From NCBI RefSeq assembly GCF_009914755.1, contig NC_060930.1: DNA of 64,000 nucleotides, one strand, 5' to 3'. This stretch comes from the human T2T-CHM13v2.0 reference genome, Homo sapiens. The notes beneath the pieces are model-generated. The model was not told the origin of the DNA. It was given only the letters and a program-made list of their open reading frames with translations, and did no database searches. A program made the position numbers and the translations under genes. Position 1 is the first letter of the stretch, and every line of letters starts with the position of its first letter. This document shows, one piece after another, positions 44,166 through 58,380 of this stretch.

Positions 44166-44850
44166 CAGTGGTTCTTAGTGAGATAATATCATCCCCAAAA
44201 GCTATTTTGGAAATTTTTTTGATTATTTTAGTTATCAAATGACTGAGAGAGACATGGAGGAGTTAATGGACCCACTGAAGAATTGTCCCCCATATTGTAC
44301 TGCTTTTGGCTGTTACCCTCAAATTCATATAGGTGTAATATTCTTTATCATTATCTGAGACTGGAACTCAATTCTGTTTTACATATAATCACCAAGAAAT
44401 TTTTTTACGTTTTTACTATACCCTGAATTTTCTACCAATACAACTAGTGAGTAAGTTGAGGAAAGATGGAACTCTGTTTGGCTTGACATTTTCTATTACA
44501 GAAAACCAATTAGCAGCATTGCCACTCATAGTGCTTGAGTTACCAACACAATATGCCTGCATTAGTGTGTTTTTGGCTATTGCCTTTACAGGGCTGATTA
44601 CTTCGTCATGCTTTTTTATCCAGGCCTCCAAAACTTTAAAGTTTGTAGCCTGCCCAATTATTTATGTTGTGAAATACCTTTTTTTTTGTTTAACAATTTG
44701 TAATATATTTCACTTATTATAGTTAAGGCATTATATAAATTATTTTGCAATTCTGTACATAGGTAGGTTTTGTCACCTATGGATTTTATTTAAAGAGGGA
44801 AATTATTAATAAAGAGGGTGTTGAGTATGATGGTTTTGAGCCCCACAGGC
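44166..44850. mobile_element. hAT-Charlie-like DNA transposon relic
   Basis: Starts cagtggttct, a Charlie-type TIR, and ends near ttgagccccacag. Related to 28855-29075. Confidence 0.6.
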
Positions 44851-44930
44851 TTAGGCCACTGGGGAAGGTCAAGACTAAGGGACCAGTGAGGGACAACTGA
44901 GAAGTGAAACATGTTAACAGTGGAGTTTGC

Positions 44931-45193
44931 ATAATAATAGCTGACACTTATGTAGTGGTTATGTAATATGCCAGGAACTCTTCTGTGTTTCTAAGAAGCG
45001 CCTTAACAAATCCACTTCTTCAATCCTCACAACAGCTGCAGGAGGTCAATGGGAGCTATTACTTTTCCCATCTTATAAATGAGAAAACGAGGGACCCAGA
45101 GGTGCATAATTTACCCAAATTCACACTAATAAGTGCCAGGGCTGGAAAAAACTGAGGAAGTGGTGATACGGAGTCTATTCTCTTAACCACTGC
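44931..45193 (-). mobile_element. MIR, near full length
   Basis: ataataatagctgacactta...aatcctcacaacag...aaatgagaaaacgagg...ctcttaaccactg. Confidence 0.85.
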
Positions 45194-46104
45194 CTTTGAT
45201 TGCTTTTCTTTTGAAGCATAATTCACTGAGCACAAAGGAAAGAAAATCAAGTGTATTGGCAGAAAATACATGGTGATGTCAAATTCAAAGGGAAAATGAA
45301 TATGCAAATCAGTGCCTTTTAGAGACTAGGTGAGCTGAGTGGGTGGTAGGGTGTGAAGTAAACATTTGAAATGCATACTAGCCTCTGTAGGGACTCAAGA
45401 TATATTTGAGTGAGTGAATGAAGTGCCTTCCAGAGGTTTAGGCCACAGTCACCTTAATAAGACCTTTGGAATGGAGAGTGATTTGGATGGCTTCTTAGTT
45501 ATGCAAATAAATGGCAAATAGATCCCCATTGTCCTAGGAGAGGGGTAAGAAGTATTCCCCCAAGACCTCCTCTAAGCAGAGCTCTTTAATGGTTAGAAGT
45601 TAGATCACTGTGTATAAGAAGGCCAAAGCCTTCAAGAGGAGAAAGGAGAATCATAGCCCTTGTTTTCCATGATACTGATCTGGAGGACACTAGTGTGGTG
45701 GGCCAGGTAGCCTTGACCTGCTGGTGAGAAAGGATACCATAGTCCTCCAAAGGGTCCTGCTGGAAAGCAAGAGGGAATCTGGGCTGATGAGTTCCCACAT
45801 GAACAGGACTTTTGAAGAATAGAGAATAAAATTGTGGAAGAGTCTCGAGGTTAACAAAGAAAGCAGAACAAACATTTGGGCATCTGTACTACTACACAAA
45901 GGACTGAAATGGCTGCTTTCACAAAAGCAGTGTAACACATCTAGCCAGGAGGCCTTAACAAGAAGAATTGGATAATGGGAATTGCCTGATTTGCCCCTTC
46001 AAGACCACAGAATCTTAATTACTATTGTTAATTAGGATATACCTGGTTCAAATATTCATTTTGACACTTTACAGCAGGGGCTAGGGTGAAAGAGGGTGCT
46101 TTGA

Positions 46105-46404
<300 letters not shown>

Positions 46405-47039
46405 TGAACAGATATTTTTGTATAAATTGACAGAATTCACATTATATAGCAAACCATATATATCTTACTGAAAAGTTAACTTAATTACGGAAACAGATTT
46501 ACTCCACTCTCTTGTGCACAAGAATTCAGCAGCACTATTATTTAGAAACAGCTCCAACAATCCTCTTTGTCCTGGTCTTACTGAAGTCCTCATTGGTTCA
46601 TCCTTTGATCCTCTGCAGTGTCCTTTACAAGTCTGGGTCAGATGCCAGCCTTGTCTGAATGACCATTTCCCTTCGTCTGCGTCTGTCTGATACTGGCCAA
46701 TGTTTCAAAGTCTAGACTGCAATTAAGTCAGTTATCTGCACATATTAAGTACCCAACAAAGGCTTGTTGAGTTTAAAAAGTATCCTCTTTTGAAACGAAC
46801 ACACATTGAGAAAGGCTTAGAGAAAAGCAGTTGAGCATTCATACCTGTTTGGTGATTCTGAACTAGAGGTCCCTAGGAGTCTGTAAGATGGTAAGTGTGG
46901 TCCTTGAACTTTCTGTATTTTAGTATGCCTGATGAAAATCATACCTTTCCCTGTAATGAGGCTGGGAAGCTAACTAAAATGTCCAGTTTCTTTATTTTTG
47001 TTTGTATTTATATTATATTAACTCTGTAACAATAGCATT

Positions 47040-47310
47040 AATCTCTTAGCCTAGGATTGTTTAGAGGCAAGTACCAGAATATATTCAAGTGAGTTAAAGG
47101 TAAAGAAGAAATTTAATATTATAATATAGGGGTATCTTGTATAACCTCAAAGTAGAAAGTACAACTAGGTCTTAAAAAGAATTGAAGCCAGTATGAGGGA
47201 AATCACCAAATTGCAGCTATCTTGAGAGTTGTCTTTCTGGAGTCCCCCATGTCCTCCTTCTGCTTCTGCCTGCATTAGTTCCATCCTTCTTTCTGCAGAC
47301 TGGGTACTTG
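47040..47310. mobile_element. Possible old MLT1-type LTR fragment
   Basis: Start tcttagcctaggattgttt...gcaagtaccagaa resembles old MLT1 termini. Weak match. Confidence 0.35.
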
Positions 47311-47375
47311 GGCACTGCTAGCACGTGCCTATTATAATATCTGTAAATTATATTAAAACACTTTAGTGAAGATGG

Positions 47376-47474
47376 TATGTATATATGTATACATATACAT
47401 ATATGTAGATACACACATATATACACACATACATATATAGGTATGTATATGTATACATACATCTGTATATACAT
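47376..47474. repeat. Degenerate (TA)/(CA)/(TG) microsatellite
   Basis: Alternating purine-pyrimidine low-complexity tract. Confidence 0.9.
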
Positions 47475-48437
47475 AGTTGATCTGTACCTGAAGGATCATT
47501 AGTTAAGATTTGAAATATCCAGTCAGGTGCTCCTCTTGGGGAGGTGGTAATTGGCAATATATACTTGCTTCTTAGCATTTGAAATAAGGAGAAATCTACA
47601 TTCTGAAGACAGTTACCACAAGTTTAAGCCATGTTTATCTCAGATTGGCTTTAGATCGTTTAAAATTAGCATGAAGTGCATTAGAAATGACTTTTCATTA
47701 GTGAAATGTGTGACGTTCAGGAATTGGATTGGCTTGAAATACATGTGCAACTCTTCTCTCCTAGAAAAGGTGTAAGATTACATTTTTGGAAGGGCATTTC
47801 TTGTCTTAAGACTCAGTTTGGCTCTGTTTATGGATTCTGTCATTCAGTTGTGATAAGAATTTTCTCTGAATTGTGATGCTAAAATATTGTTGCCTCTGCC
47901 TTCAGTGAAAGAACCAATAGTTTTAAGTGATCATCTTATTTTAGGCCAGTTTTTTCAATGGGGAGATACCATGGTCACTCCCAAACTGGTCCCGTCTCAG
48001 CCTTTAGGTCCACATAAATATATAAGCCCTTAGATTCCAAATGACTGGAGTCCCTTGGTTCTATTCCCAGTTTCTCTGGAAAAAGCATTGATTCTTTCAG
48101 CTTGGATAAGGTGTTCTAATTCAATCCACTTTGCCCAGTGAAGTTTCTGAGTTGTGTAGTAGTCAGCAGTTCCAAAGACAGCCTCTCAGCAGGAGGTGTG
48201 GCAGTGCACTCTCTCAAAATGGGGAGCAGGCTGGGTTGTGGGTGAAGGGTAGATTTCATAGAAAGGGCTATCAGGAAGGTAAGTATCTTGAGATCTCATG
48301 TTCATCAGATTCAAAGTTGTGTGTGTCTTTGATCCAGAAAAAGATATTATTCTTTAAAATTCAGCATTTTTTAGACAGGTTAAATCTCACAAAAAATAGA
48401 GTTGATTGGTAAAATAATAAAAGGGTTCTTGATATGA

Positions 48438-48797
<360 letters not shown>

Positions 48798-49486
48798 TAA
48801 TCCCAACTATATACATGGCACAATGCTGGGTGTCTTTTCTTTTGAATAGTGTTATTAGTGATGTAAATTTTCCAGTGGAATGGCGACTGATCATTGGTAG
48901 AAGGAGGCATTTCCATGGGGGGCAGGAAAATGAACTACTTGTTTGTGAGACCAAGATCTCCAGTAGCATAGAAGAAGGGAGAAGGATAAGAAAACAAGAG
49001 GGCAGGACTTAGCTGACAAACTTAGACTATTTCCATATGTATACCCAAGGCCAACTCTGACTGCTTACAAGGCAAACACCAAACAGTCACCAATTAAAGT
49101 TTTTTTCCTCCACAGAGAATGATTCTGACATGGAATGTGATTGTGACAAGGCCGTGGAACAGAGCAAGTGTTTGCTGTGCAAAATTTGTTTTGACTAGAC
49201 CAACAAGGCTGTTCCTATGGGCCATCTGCTGAGACCTAGAGCTTTGTTACTCAGAATCTTTGTTTAACCTGCTTCCATGAAAAAGAGTTTGCTAAGTAAA
49301 TTAATAGAGTAAACAAGGAAAATGTTATGCTGATTAAGAGTGAAGGCCTTCAGCTGAAACATTTGTACTCATACAATGGCTGTACTAATTGTAAATAATG
49401 CTATCAGTTAAAACACCTTCACAGCTTGCCTTCTGCAACAGTGGTTTCACTGCTTTTTCCTAGAGTGTTTTGAAGCCTGATTTTTT

Positions 49487-49720
49487 CTTCTTTTTTTTAA
49501 TTTTACTTTAAATTATGGGATACATGTGCAGAACGTGCAAGTTTGTTACATAGGTATACATGTGCCATGGTGGTTTGCTGCATCTATCAACCCGTCATCT
49601 AGGTTTTAAGCCCCACATGCATTAGGTATTTGTCCTGATGCTCTCCCCACCCATGCCCCTCACCCCCAAGAGGCCCCAGTGTGTGATGTCCCCTTCCCTA
49701 TGTCCATGTGTTCTCATTGT
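49487..49720 (-). mobile_element. Short 5'-truncated L1 (L1PA8-like 3'UTR)
   Basis: catctaggttttaagccccacatgcattagg. Perfect TSD ttgaagcctgatttttt at 49470-49486 and 49720-49736. Confidence 0.93.
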
Positions 49721-50044
49721 TGAAGCCTGATTTTTTGTCGTGGAAGAAACATTTTCTTCCTCAAAATTTCATTAAGTGAAAGTGCCCCTTTTTCTCCCAA
49801 TTGTGATAAATTAGAGTTTCTACTACACTAAAAAATCTTGAATCTCAATGTCAGCAAGTTTCAGAGATTCAATATGGTGGCTGGAAAGAAAAGAGTGGGA
49901 AGAGTTAAATAGGAAGTGATAAAGGAAGGAGCTTGGCAAAGGGAGCCCAAACTGAGGAAGATAGAAAGGTGGAGAGAAGGAGGAGGAAGTACTAGAAAAA
50001 AATGATGGGCAGAAAGAAAGTGGGATAGAGAGAAGCAAGGAAAT

Positions 50045-50964
50045 TATAACTAAAAATAAAATTCTAAGCTCTCCAACCAACTCAGTGGAGCCCTGTTGGC
50101 CAGGTGGACCCTAGAGAAACCTTAAAATATTAAGTTCCCAGCCATAACGGGTCTGGAAGTCAGGCACAGCTCATTATCCGGCCTCTCTTTTGCAATTTAG
50201 ACACAACAACTGACCAGCATTAATGTTAAAATAGAGATCGTAAGACTGACAGAATGAAATATTTGTAGCGATAAGATACCAACTTATAAACAGGATGCAA
50301 GACCATGCCAGGCAAGGATAAATCAGGCACTCTGACACTTAAAGAATAAGCTGTTTTCTGACTGTCACAAGGTTTTTCATTTACTCTAGCAGCTAGACAA
50401 GCACTGGGCAGAGACAAGCAATATTAAAATAAGGATGGCTCATCCACCACCAGATGCCAACAAACGGATCCTCGTGCTCCACCTGTCATAACCACATCTT
50501 TGATTGAACAAGAGACTGATTTCAGTAACTTTCTTCTGATAAGAGAACACTGACTATGGGCTGGTTCTGGCCAGTTTACAGAATCTGTGCATTTGAATGC
50601 CTTTGTGTCCCTGCTTCACATTTTGACATATGGAGCTTAACTGTAGTACATTTAAAAGTTAAGTCTCCACTTCACAGTGAACATAGGATGCATGTAGCAT
50701 GCAAGTTTGCTTTTCATGCATGCACATGTGTCTTCTTCATCAATATTCATAGCTCTTCCTATAACCTGTTGAATATGTATCCTTGGCCAACCCATTCAAT
50801 GTAAATCCCTATTTCACCCTCCACTCCCTTGAAGTGCCTGCTTCTGGGCTCTACTGGAGGCTACATTTCCCAGTCTGTCAGGATGGCCACCCTGCAGGCT
50901 GTAACTCTTTGTATCACATAAAGTCTCTTGTTAAATGTATACATTTGTACTTTTTCAGTTGACA
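50045..50964 (+). mobile_element. MER4D-like ERV1 solo LTR
   Basis: aaaaataaaattctaagc...gacacaacaactgaccagcattaatgttaaaatagagatc...ggatggccaccctgcaggctgtaac...agttgaca. Confidence 0.88.
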
Positions 50965-51011
50965 GCAGAAAGAACTAGGATGTGTTAAGAAGGAAGACGA
51001 AGGAAGGCAGA

Positions 51012-51058
51012 GGAAGAGAGGGCAGGTCTGGAAGAGAGGGCAGACCTGGAAGAAAGGG
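51012..51058. repeat. 18-bp tandem repeat, about 2.6 copies
   Basis: ggaagagagggcaggtct / ggaagagagggcagacct / ggaagaaaggg. Confidence 0.85.
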
Positions 51059-51899
51059 TGCAGTGTCAGGGCACGTAGAGTTTGTTGAGAATGACTGAAT
51101 TATAATACTTATTAATGATGTGGAGGTTAGTCAAATAGAATTAGCAACAAACTCAGAGGGAAGAAAGTTGTTCAGACTTGACCCCACCCCCTTACTACTA
51201 TAGGAAACATCAGAAGGGTATTGAAAGAGGTATCTGCAGAAAGACTGCCTTTTGTTCTGTCTTTCCCAGCTAATTGGTTTAGCTATGTCTATTCAGACTG
51301 AGGACCCCAGCACAGACTTCTGTTAACCAAGCTTACTGTGGGCAAGGTGATAGGTACTGGCTGATTTGGATGTGAAAGGAATGATGTCACCTTGGCCAAA
51401 GGGCACATGTTTAGGAGCAAACTGTCTCTCCTAATGTTCTCTCTGCTGCTTCTCTCTCTCCCTCTTCCCTGTGCCACCCCCCATCCCACACACACAATGG
51501 ATACAGAGAGTACAGAGTTTCATTAGAAGAGGAATGTTCTTGGTGAAAGTACCAAAGTCCCCAGAGTTCAGCTTACATACCTTATGAAAAAATCTCTTTC
51601 TTAGACTTAAACAGGGACACAGCATGTTCCCTAGCCTCTGTCATATCTGTGCATTTTTTGATGGTTGTAATGTTAGTATATTATTTTCCTCTTTACATAA
51701 CAATGGTTAAAGAGTTAAAGGCAGTTTTCATGCCACCTTTTCTCCCCCTTTTTCCAACCTGGCTCCAAAGTTGAGGATAACTAGGCAGAGGGCAAATTCT
51801 CTTTGTCCATTGAGATTGATTTCCTGGTCATGAGTTTTCCAGGGAAACTTCTGCACTTGAAGAGGTCACTTGGAAGCAGAAAGTTAATGAGAACCTTTC

Positions 51900-52784
51900 T
51901 TATTTTTCTTGGCAACTCTGAGAGACCATGCTTTTTGGTGGATTGGGGCTGTTAGTGGGTCCCTTTACATCTACTGTACATTTTGCATTCATTGCATTGT
52001 ACTTGGACTCTGGGGCCCATTTTGCTAATAGTGCTTGTTTTCTTGCCTCACTTACGTGTCAAAGATTTCTCTGAAGCTGGTTTCATTATAATTTAAAAAA
52101 TACCATCTGTCTATCTAAGAGTTTTTTCCTCTCTTTTTTGGACAGATTTGTATCTGATTTCTTTCATGCAGTTCTATTGAACTTTTCCAGGTGCAGAGAA
52201 TAGCCCCTATACGGCTTCTGTCCAAAGTCATCTTTTCTTGTATTATTGCTGTGCTGCTATTGGTGGAGTTTGTCACTATTAACCTTGGGCTTTTGTTGCA
52301 GCGATTAAGATCTTTTATTGGTTTGTCTAGCATGACACTAGCATAATTTAAATCACATCCTTGTCTACGTGCAGTTAATTGCCTTCACCTCTATATCTGC
52401 GCATAGTTTATGGATGTTTTCCCCCATCATAGCATCTTAGAGAGATGTCCTTGGTCCTTTGTGTTTTGCACCTGTATGTTTTTCTGCCTGTGATATTCTT
52501 ATTTACTTATGCATGACATGTACTCCAATGACTATGTACTATTTTGTTGATATTAGCAATATTCACAATGGCTCCAGATATATTGTTTAGGAGCCTTTTT
52601 AGCTATGAACATTTTTGGTAGTGATATCTTGGAAGTAAAACATCAGAAATATGTAGCCATTTTCTGGGTGACCATTTTATTCCAGTTTCTTTGGTTATTT
52701 CCTCTGAAGATTTTTGCTTGCCTGTAGTATTTTTTCCGTTTAATAATCATTGCTTCTTTCTAATAATTTCACTCATTCTCATAC
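51900..52784 (-). mobile_element. Putative ancient RTE-clade LINE (L4/RTE-X-like) reverse-transcriptase fossil
   Basis: Frameshifted minus-strand translation gives ordered RT-like motifs RRQGCDL, KDDF, LEKFNRTA, NLSK and STISKMG at non-LTR RT spacing. Boundaries approximate. Confidence 0.5.
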
Positions 52785-53525
<741 letters not shown>

Positions 53526-53719
53526 TAAAAAGTGTGTTTGTACGGGATGCTGTTACTTTTTCTTTATTAACAGGAGCACATATGTTAGCTTTTGTATTGT
53601 CTTCTTGCTTTGTCTTTTCGTTATTCTGATTTTAGGAATCAGAATATTTGTAGCCCAAAGAATCTGTTTGCTTCGTGTGATGGTCTCCAACTGATGAGCT
53701 CCCTCCAGACTGACTCGTT

Positions 53720-54020
53720 TCTTTTTTTTTCAATTTTTATTTTTAATTATAAATGGACAAATTATAATTATAGATATCAATGGGGAACAAAGTGATGTTA
53801 TGAATTATCAATACAATATGGAATAATTAAATCAAGCAAACACATCTGTCACCTCAAATACTTTTTTTTTGGTGAGAACATTTGAAATGTACAGTCATAG
53901 CAATTTTGAAATGAGCGATTTACTACATTCACCACAATGTACAATATATCTCAAAGTAAAACAATGACAACAACAATGTATTCCATCTAATTGAGACTTT
54001 GTACTCTGACCATCAACCAT
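53720..54020 (-). mobile_element. L1MA-like 3'UTR fragment
   Basis: ggggaacaaagtgatgttatga...aattaaatcaagc...ggtgagaacatttgaaat. Confidence 0.8.
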
Positions 54021-55945
54021 TTCTGATTTTAATTCTTTTCCAGCTTTATTGAGGTATAATGGACAAATAAAGACCTATTTATTTTTAATGCTTCAAACCA
54101 AGCAAAGTCAATGTCATAATGTGGGGATGGACGACTATCTAGAAGTCATAATATAGAGGATGCATCGCTATTCTTCCATTCATCAAATTTTTTGGAGTGC
54201 CTTTTATATTCCTAGCATTTGTTGTAGAAAATAGATGCCACAAAATTCACCAACAAGACTTCCCTGTTTACACAGCTGCATTGCAGGGAGGAGGAGGGAG
54301 CTCATCATTTGGGGACCATCACACAAAGCAAACACATATATCACCTCAAATACTTAATAGCTCCTTAATATGAAAAAATGATAGGCTGTCTATGATACTT
54401 GAGGATAGTTAAAACCACCTCCAAGATTTGCTCTGTGGTCAGCAGGGGAGAAGGAACCTTCAGGACACTCAGGGATACATCAAGATGCTCAGCAGGGGAG
54501 GTTAAAGTGAATTTTGTTATTATGTTACCATCCTTTGAAAATGCTCTTTGAAAACACTTGATGGCAATATTGAAAAAAAAGGTCACTGCATTTGTCCAAT
54601 ATCATATTTAGGATCTGTAAAGGGGTTATACCATGTGTCAAGAGAAGTGAGACATGATATCGTCTTGTTAGTTGAGATCTTTCCCTTTTAGAAGACATAA
54701 TATGAGGTTCTGTTGATTATGAAGGGTTGATTTCTCGTCACATTGTACTAGGTGCTGGGGTATGATGGCAAGCAGAATGCATGGTCATGTTCTCAGGAGC
54801 GTTATCTCAGGGACTTATGTGTAAAAGTACAAAATAAAAGTTTATCAATGTTTCACTTTTTGAAAAGTGCAATATTAAACCTTAAACAATATTAAATTGC
54901 TTGTTGCCAAATCCAGGGGTCCTCTACCTAGTTATTTTTTCTCCTTATTGAATATCTTAGAAACACCTCCCCGTATAAAATGTTTTAAAGTATTTCCCTC
55001 TCTTCATTTTTCTCTGTCTCTGTCTCTCTTACCTTTCTTCCTGTATGTCTCCCGGTTTCGATAATTTTCCCTGGTGCTGAATATAAACCCTGTCCAAGGG
55101 TTTGCACTAAGTCCTCAACTTTTCTCTTTTTAATCTGGATTCCCCATTGATCACCAAAAATTCTGGAGACCATTAGAAAAAAAATCACCTCTTACTTTCT
55201 TCCTTTAATTCCAGTGCTTACTGGCATCATTGCAGATGATTGTAACATTCTCTCTATTGGCTGTCTTTATTTCATATTTCCTCACCCCAGATCAAGAGGC
55301 AAATATTTGTCAAGTAAGGCTTCAGAGAAAACCACACTTGTTACTTTATTGTCTTGCTCAGGAGTCTATCTTGCTTCTCTATTACCCAGTTTTGGACCTC
55401 TTTGTTAGTTCCCTCTGAATCTGCCTCTTTCCTTCAATCCCTATCCAACTACATTTTCACTGCTGTTCCATATACACCCTATACTGCACCTAGCCTTAGC
55501 ATATGCTATACCAACTCTGTGTCTCTTATTTGGAAAAACCTCCTTTATTCTCCATGTAGACATAGTCTCCATATAAATGCCACATTTACCCATGTAAACA
55601 AAGAGGTTGTCAAGCCCTAACTCTTCCATGATATTCCCTCTGATTACCCTAATCTTTCCTTGTGGAAATTCTGAGACTTTCCTTATATAAGGGATTAAAA
55701 GTATAAAGTAAGAGCAGATTGAAGAGCTTATACCAAAGAGGAATTTTGCCCTGATTGTGAGATAGGTTGGATGGCTGATTTTTCTTTTACTTTTGAATCC
55801 CTTAGGCTAAGTCAATAGTTGATGTTAATTGATTTGTATTTTCTTTTCTGTAATTTTATTTGAGTTTTATTTGGAAGCTTCCTGCCAATTCTTCTGAATT
55901 AAGACTCCACTAATATGTGGACTGCATAATCTTAACCCATTCATG

Positions 55946-56121
55946 CAGGACTATCTACTTAATTTGCAGGGCCCAGTGCAGAATAAAAATTCAGGACCCC
56001 TGTTCAAAAATTATTGGGAATTTCAAGGTCATGATAGCAAAGCATTAAACCAAGTGTGAGGCCTTTTCAAGTGCAAGACCCTGTGAGACTGCACAGGTTG
56101 CATACCATGCAGTTGACTCTC
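55946..56121 (-). mobile_element. MER45A-like hAT-Tip100 MITE
   Basis: aatttgcagggcccagtgca...gcattaaaccaagtg...ctgtgagactgcacaggttgca. Confidence 0.85.
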
Positions 56122-56371
56122 CCTCAGGCCTAAGGATATTTGACCAGTTCTTTCCTTATTAGTAGAATATCTCCTTCTCATGACTAATGGCTCCAAATCA
56201 ATGCAAACATTAAATATGTTTATTTTATTGAGTTTCTAAATCCATAACTTTGAACTAGTGAACCATGACATAATGTGAACATTTTGTTTATTTATCTATG
56301 CATTATTCATTCATTCATTTACCTCTTAGAAAAGTTTATTCTCTTTTTCTTTCTCTTTTGTTCCCTCTTCA

Positions 56372-56728
56372 CTATTCAGTTATAATTGAAAAATAAAACT
56401 TGTATATATTTACCATATATGATATGGTGTTTTGATATAAGTGTATATTGTGAAATCATTACCCCAATCAAGCTAATTAACCTATCCATCATCTCACAAA
56501 ATTACTTTTTTTTGTGGTAAGTACATTTAAGATCTACTCTCAGCAAATTTGAAGTATACAACACAGTATTAGCCTTAGGTTGGTGCAAAAGCAATTGCAG
56601 TTTTAGCCATTACTTTTCATTGTTTTTGCACCAACCTAATAGCTATAGTCACCATGCTATACATTAGATTTCCACAACTTCTTCATTCTACCCTATTGAA
56701 AATTAGTACCCTTTGACCTAATTCTCCC
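56372..56728 (-). mobile_element. L1MA9/10-like 3'UTR fragment (contains MADE1)
   Basis: aatcaagctaattaac...catttaagatctactctcagcaaattt...ctatagtcaccatgctatacattag. Confidence 0.85.
56575..56639. mobile_element. MADE1 (Hsmar1-derived MITE), internally deleted
   Basis: Terminal inverted repeats ttaggttggtgcaaaa...ttttgcaccaacctaa. Confidence 0.93.
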
Positions 56729-58234
56729 AGTAGCACATAGCACATAGCATGTGTTAAGGTTTAAATTCCACAGGTGAGTGTGAGAGATCATAAAGTCTAG
56801 AAGGCAGAGGTCGATTGCAGCTTTGAAATTCTAATAGTAAGTTCAACCTTTTACATAATGAAGCAAAATAGATAATTGTGGAGGAGCAATAATGTGGATT
56901 GTCTTTCTGGGCTCCACACCAGTGTGCTAGAGGCTTCTGTAGGAAATCAGCTGTAGATATTGAGATATTAAAGTGTTTTGACAGAAGGAATCTGCTCCAA
57001 TTGAGGGATAATGTCTGGGGATAATAAGAAGATACCCTGACGCATAATCCAGACTTGTCCAATGGCAATTGCTGTGGCAATATTTGGACATTGAGATCAG
57101 GGTTTGGGGAGAGCAGACTGCAGGGAGGAACACCCAGGGCATGAGGCTAGTAGCCGTCAGTTAAGAAGACAGTTGAGATTCAGGAATGGAGGCCAGGGAC
57201 TTGGATGATCTGTTATCCAAAAGGTTTGAGTGATCTTGGAAGGATAAGGGGGGAAGTTTTATGACAACAAAATGCTGCTTCTACTGCAATTCCATTTTTA
57301 TACCTACCACCTTTGCCAACCACGTGGTCATCATCGCTACCTTTGTGCCCATGGGTCTTTCACTAGCCCTGGGCCCTGCACTGTGGCATCTGTGCTTGAG
57401 ATATTGCAAATGGTTTTGTGCTTGTCTGCACCTGAGTGGCAGCTAATGAACTGCTCTGTCCTAACGTGGCCTGGGACTATTTTTTATTCCTTCTAAAAAT
57501 ATTTATTATTTTTCAGATTCCTGGCACCTCATTGGCTGGGGAGTGAGGAGGATTCTCTCCTATCTCTCCACCATTGGCTCTGTGTTAGGAAGTGCTCCCT
57601 GGGCCTTTGCTCTCCACCTTCCATCTCCCAAAGGCCACCTGCCCCAGAGCTCAGCACAAAAGTAGTGATGACTATGTAGATGGTGGCAGTGAAAGAGGAA
57701 ATTGCAGTGGCTTTATAGGCAGATTTAGATACCCTTGTCTTGGGGCCTTTTCTATTCAGGAAACTTAGGAGAGCCAGTGGTCAAATTAATTCCGAAGGAG
57801 CTGTGAGACTAACCTCAAAGATGGTTCTGAATGAATTGGAACAATGCTGTTATCTTATTTCCAGGATACTTCAGAACCCTCATGGGTGATTTGCATTCTG
57901 AAATTCATGACTGCTGACTGTGGCCAATTATACTGAGTGCTCCTGATCACAGACAGAGAAGGAAGTAATTGTGAAACTTTACCTAGGGGAGATCTATAAT
58001 TCAGTTTCCTAGGACTGATGCTGGAGATTATCCAGGTAGTTTTGAACATTTCTCCAAAACTCTTGTTGAGAAGGTCATAATCATTGGAACCTTTTATTAT
58101 GTTGACCTACTTCCAGAATGAACTTGAGCAAATTGATTTTCATTTCCTCAAAGCATAGATTCAAACATTTCCTCATGTTTTGATAGAGTCAGCTCTCTTC
58201 CAGTTATATAAACTTAGTCTCATTTATTTTATTA

Positions 58235-58380
58235 TTATTTTCCCTAGTATAATGAAAGCGTCATGAAGGCATGAATAATATTAATGTTTATAAAAACCAT
58301 TGCATCCCTAGCATCTAGCAGAATCCCTGGTAAATAGGTGTTCAATAACACTATTTGTTGAATGAATAAATGAGTGAATT
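58235..58380 (+). mobile_element. L2 3' end
   Basis: catgaaggca...tccctagcatctagcag...tatttgttgaatgaataaatga. Confidence 0.8.

Noticed and set aside
52191-52346. Acceptor-like site followed by a hydrophobic 51-codon frame (VQRIAPIRLLSKVIFSCIIAVLLLVEF...)
   Set aside because: No recognisable protein. Hydrophobicity is expected from the T-rich antisense strand of the putative LINE fossil.
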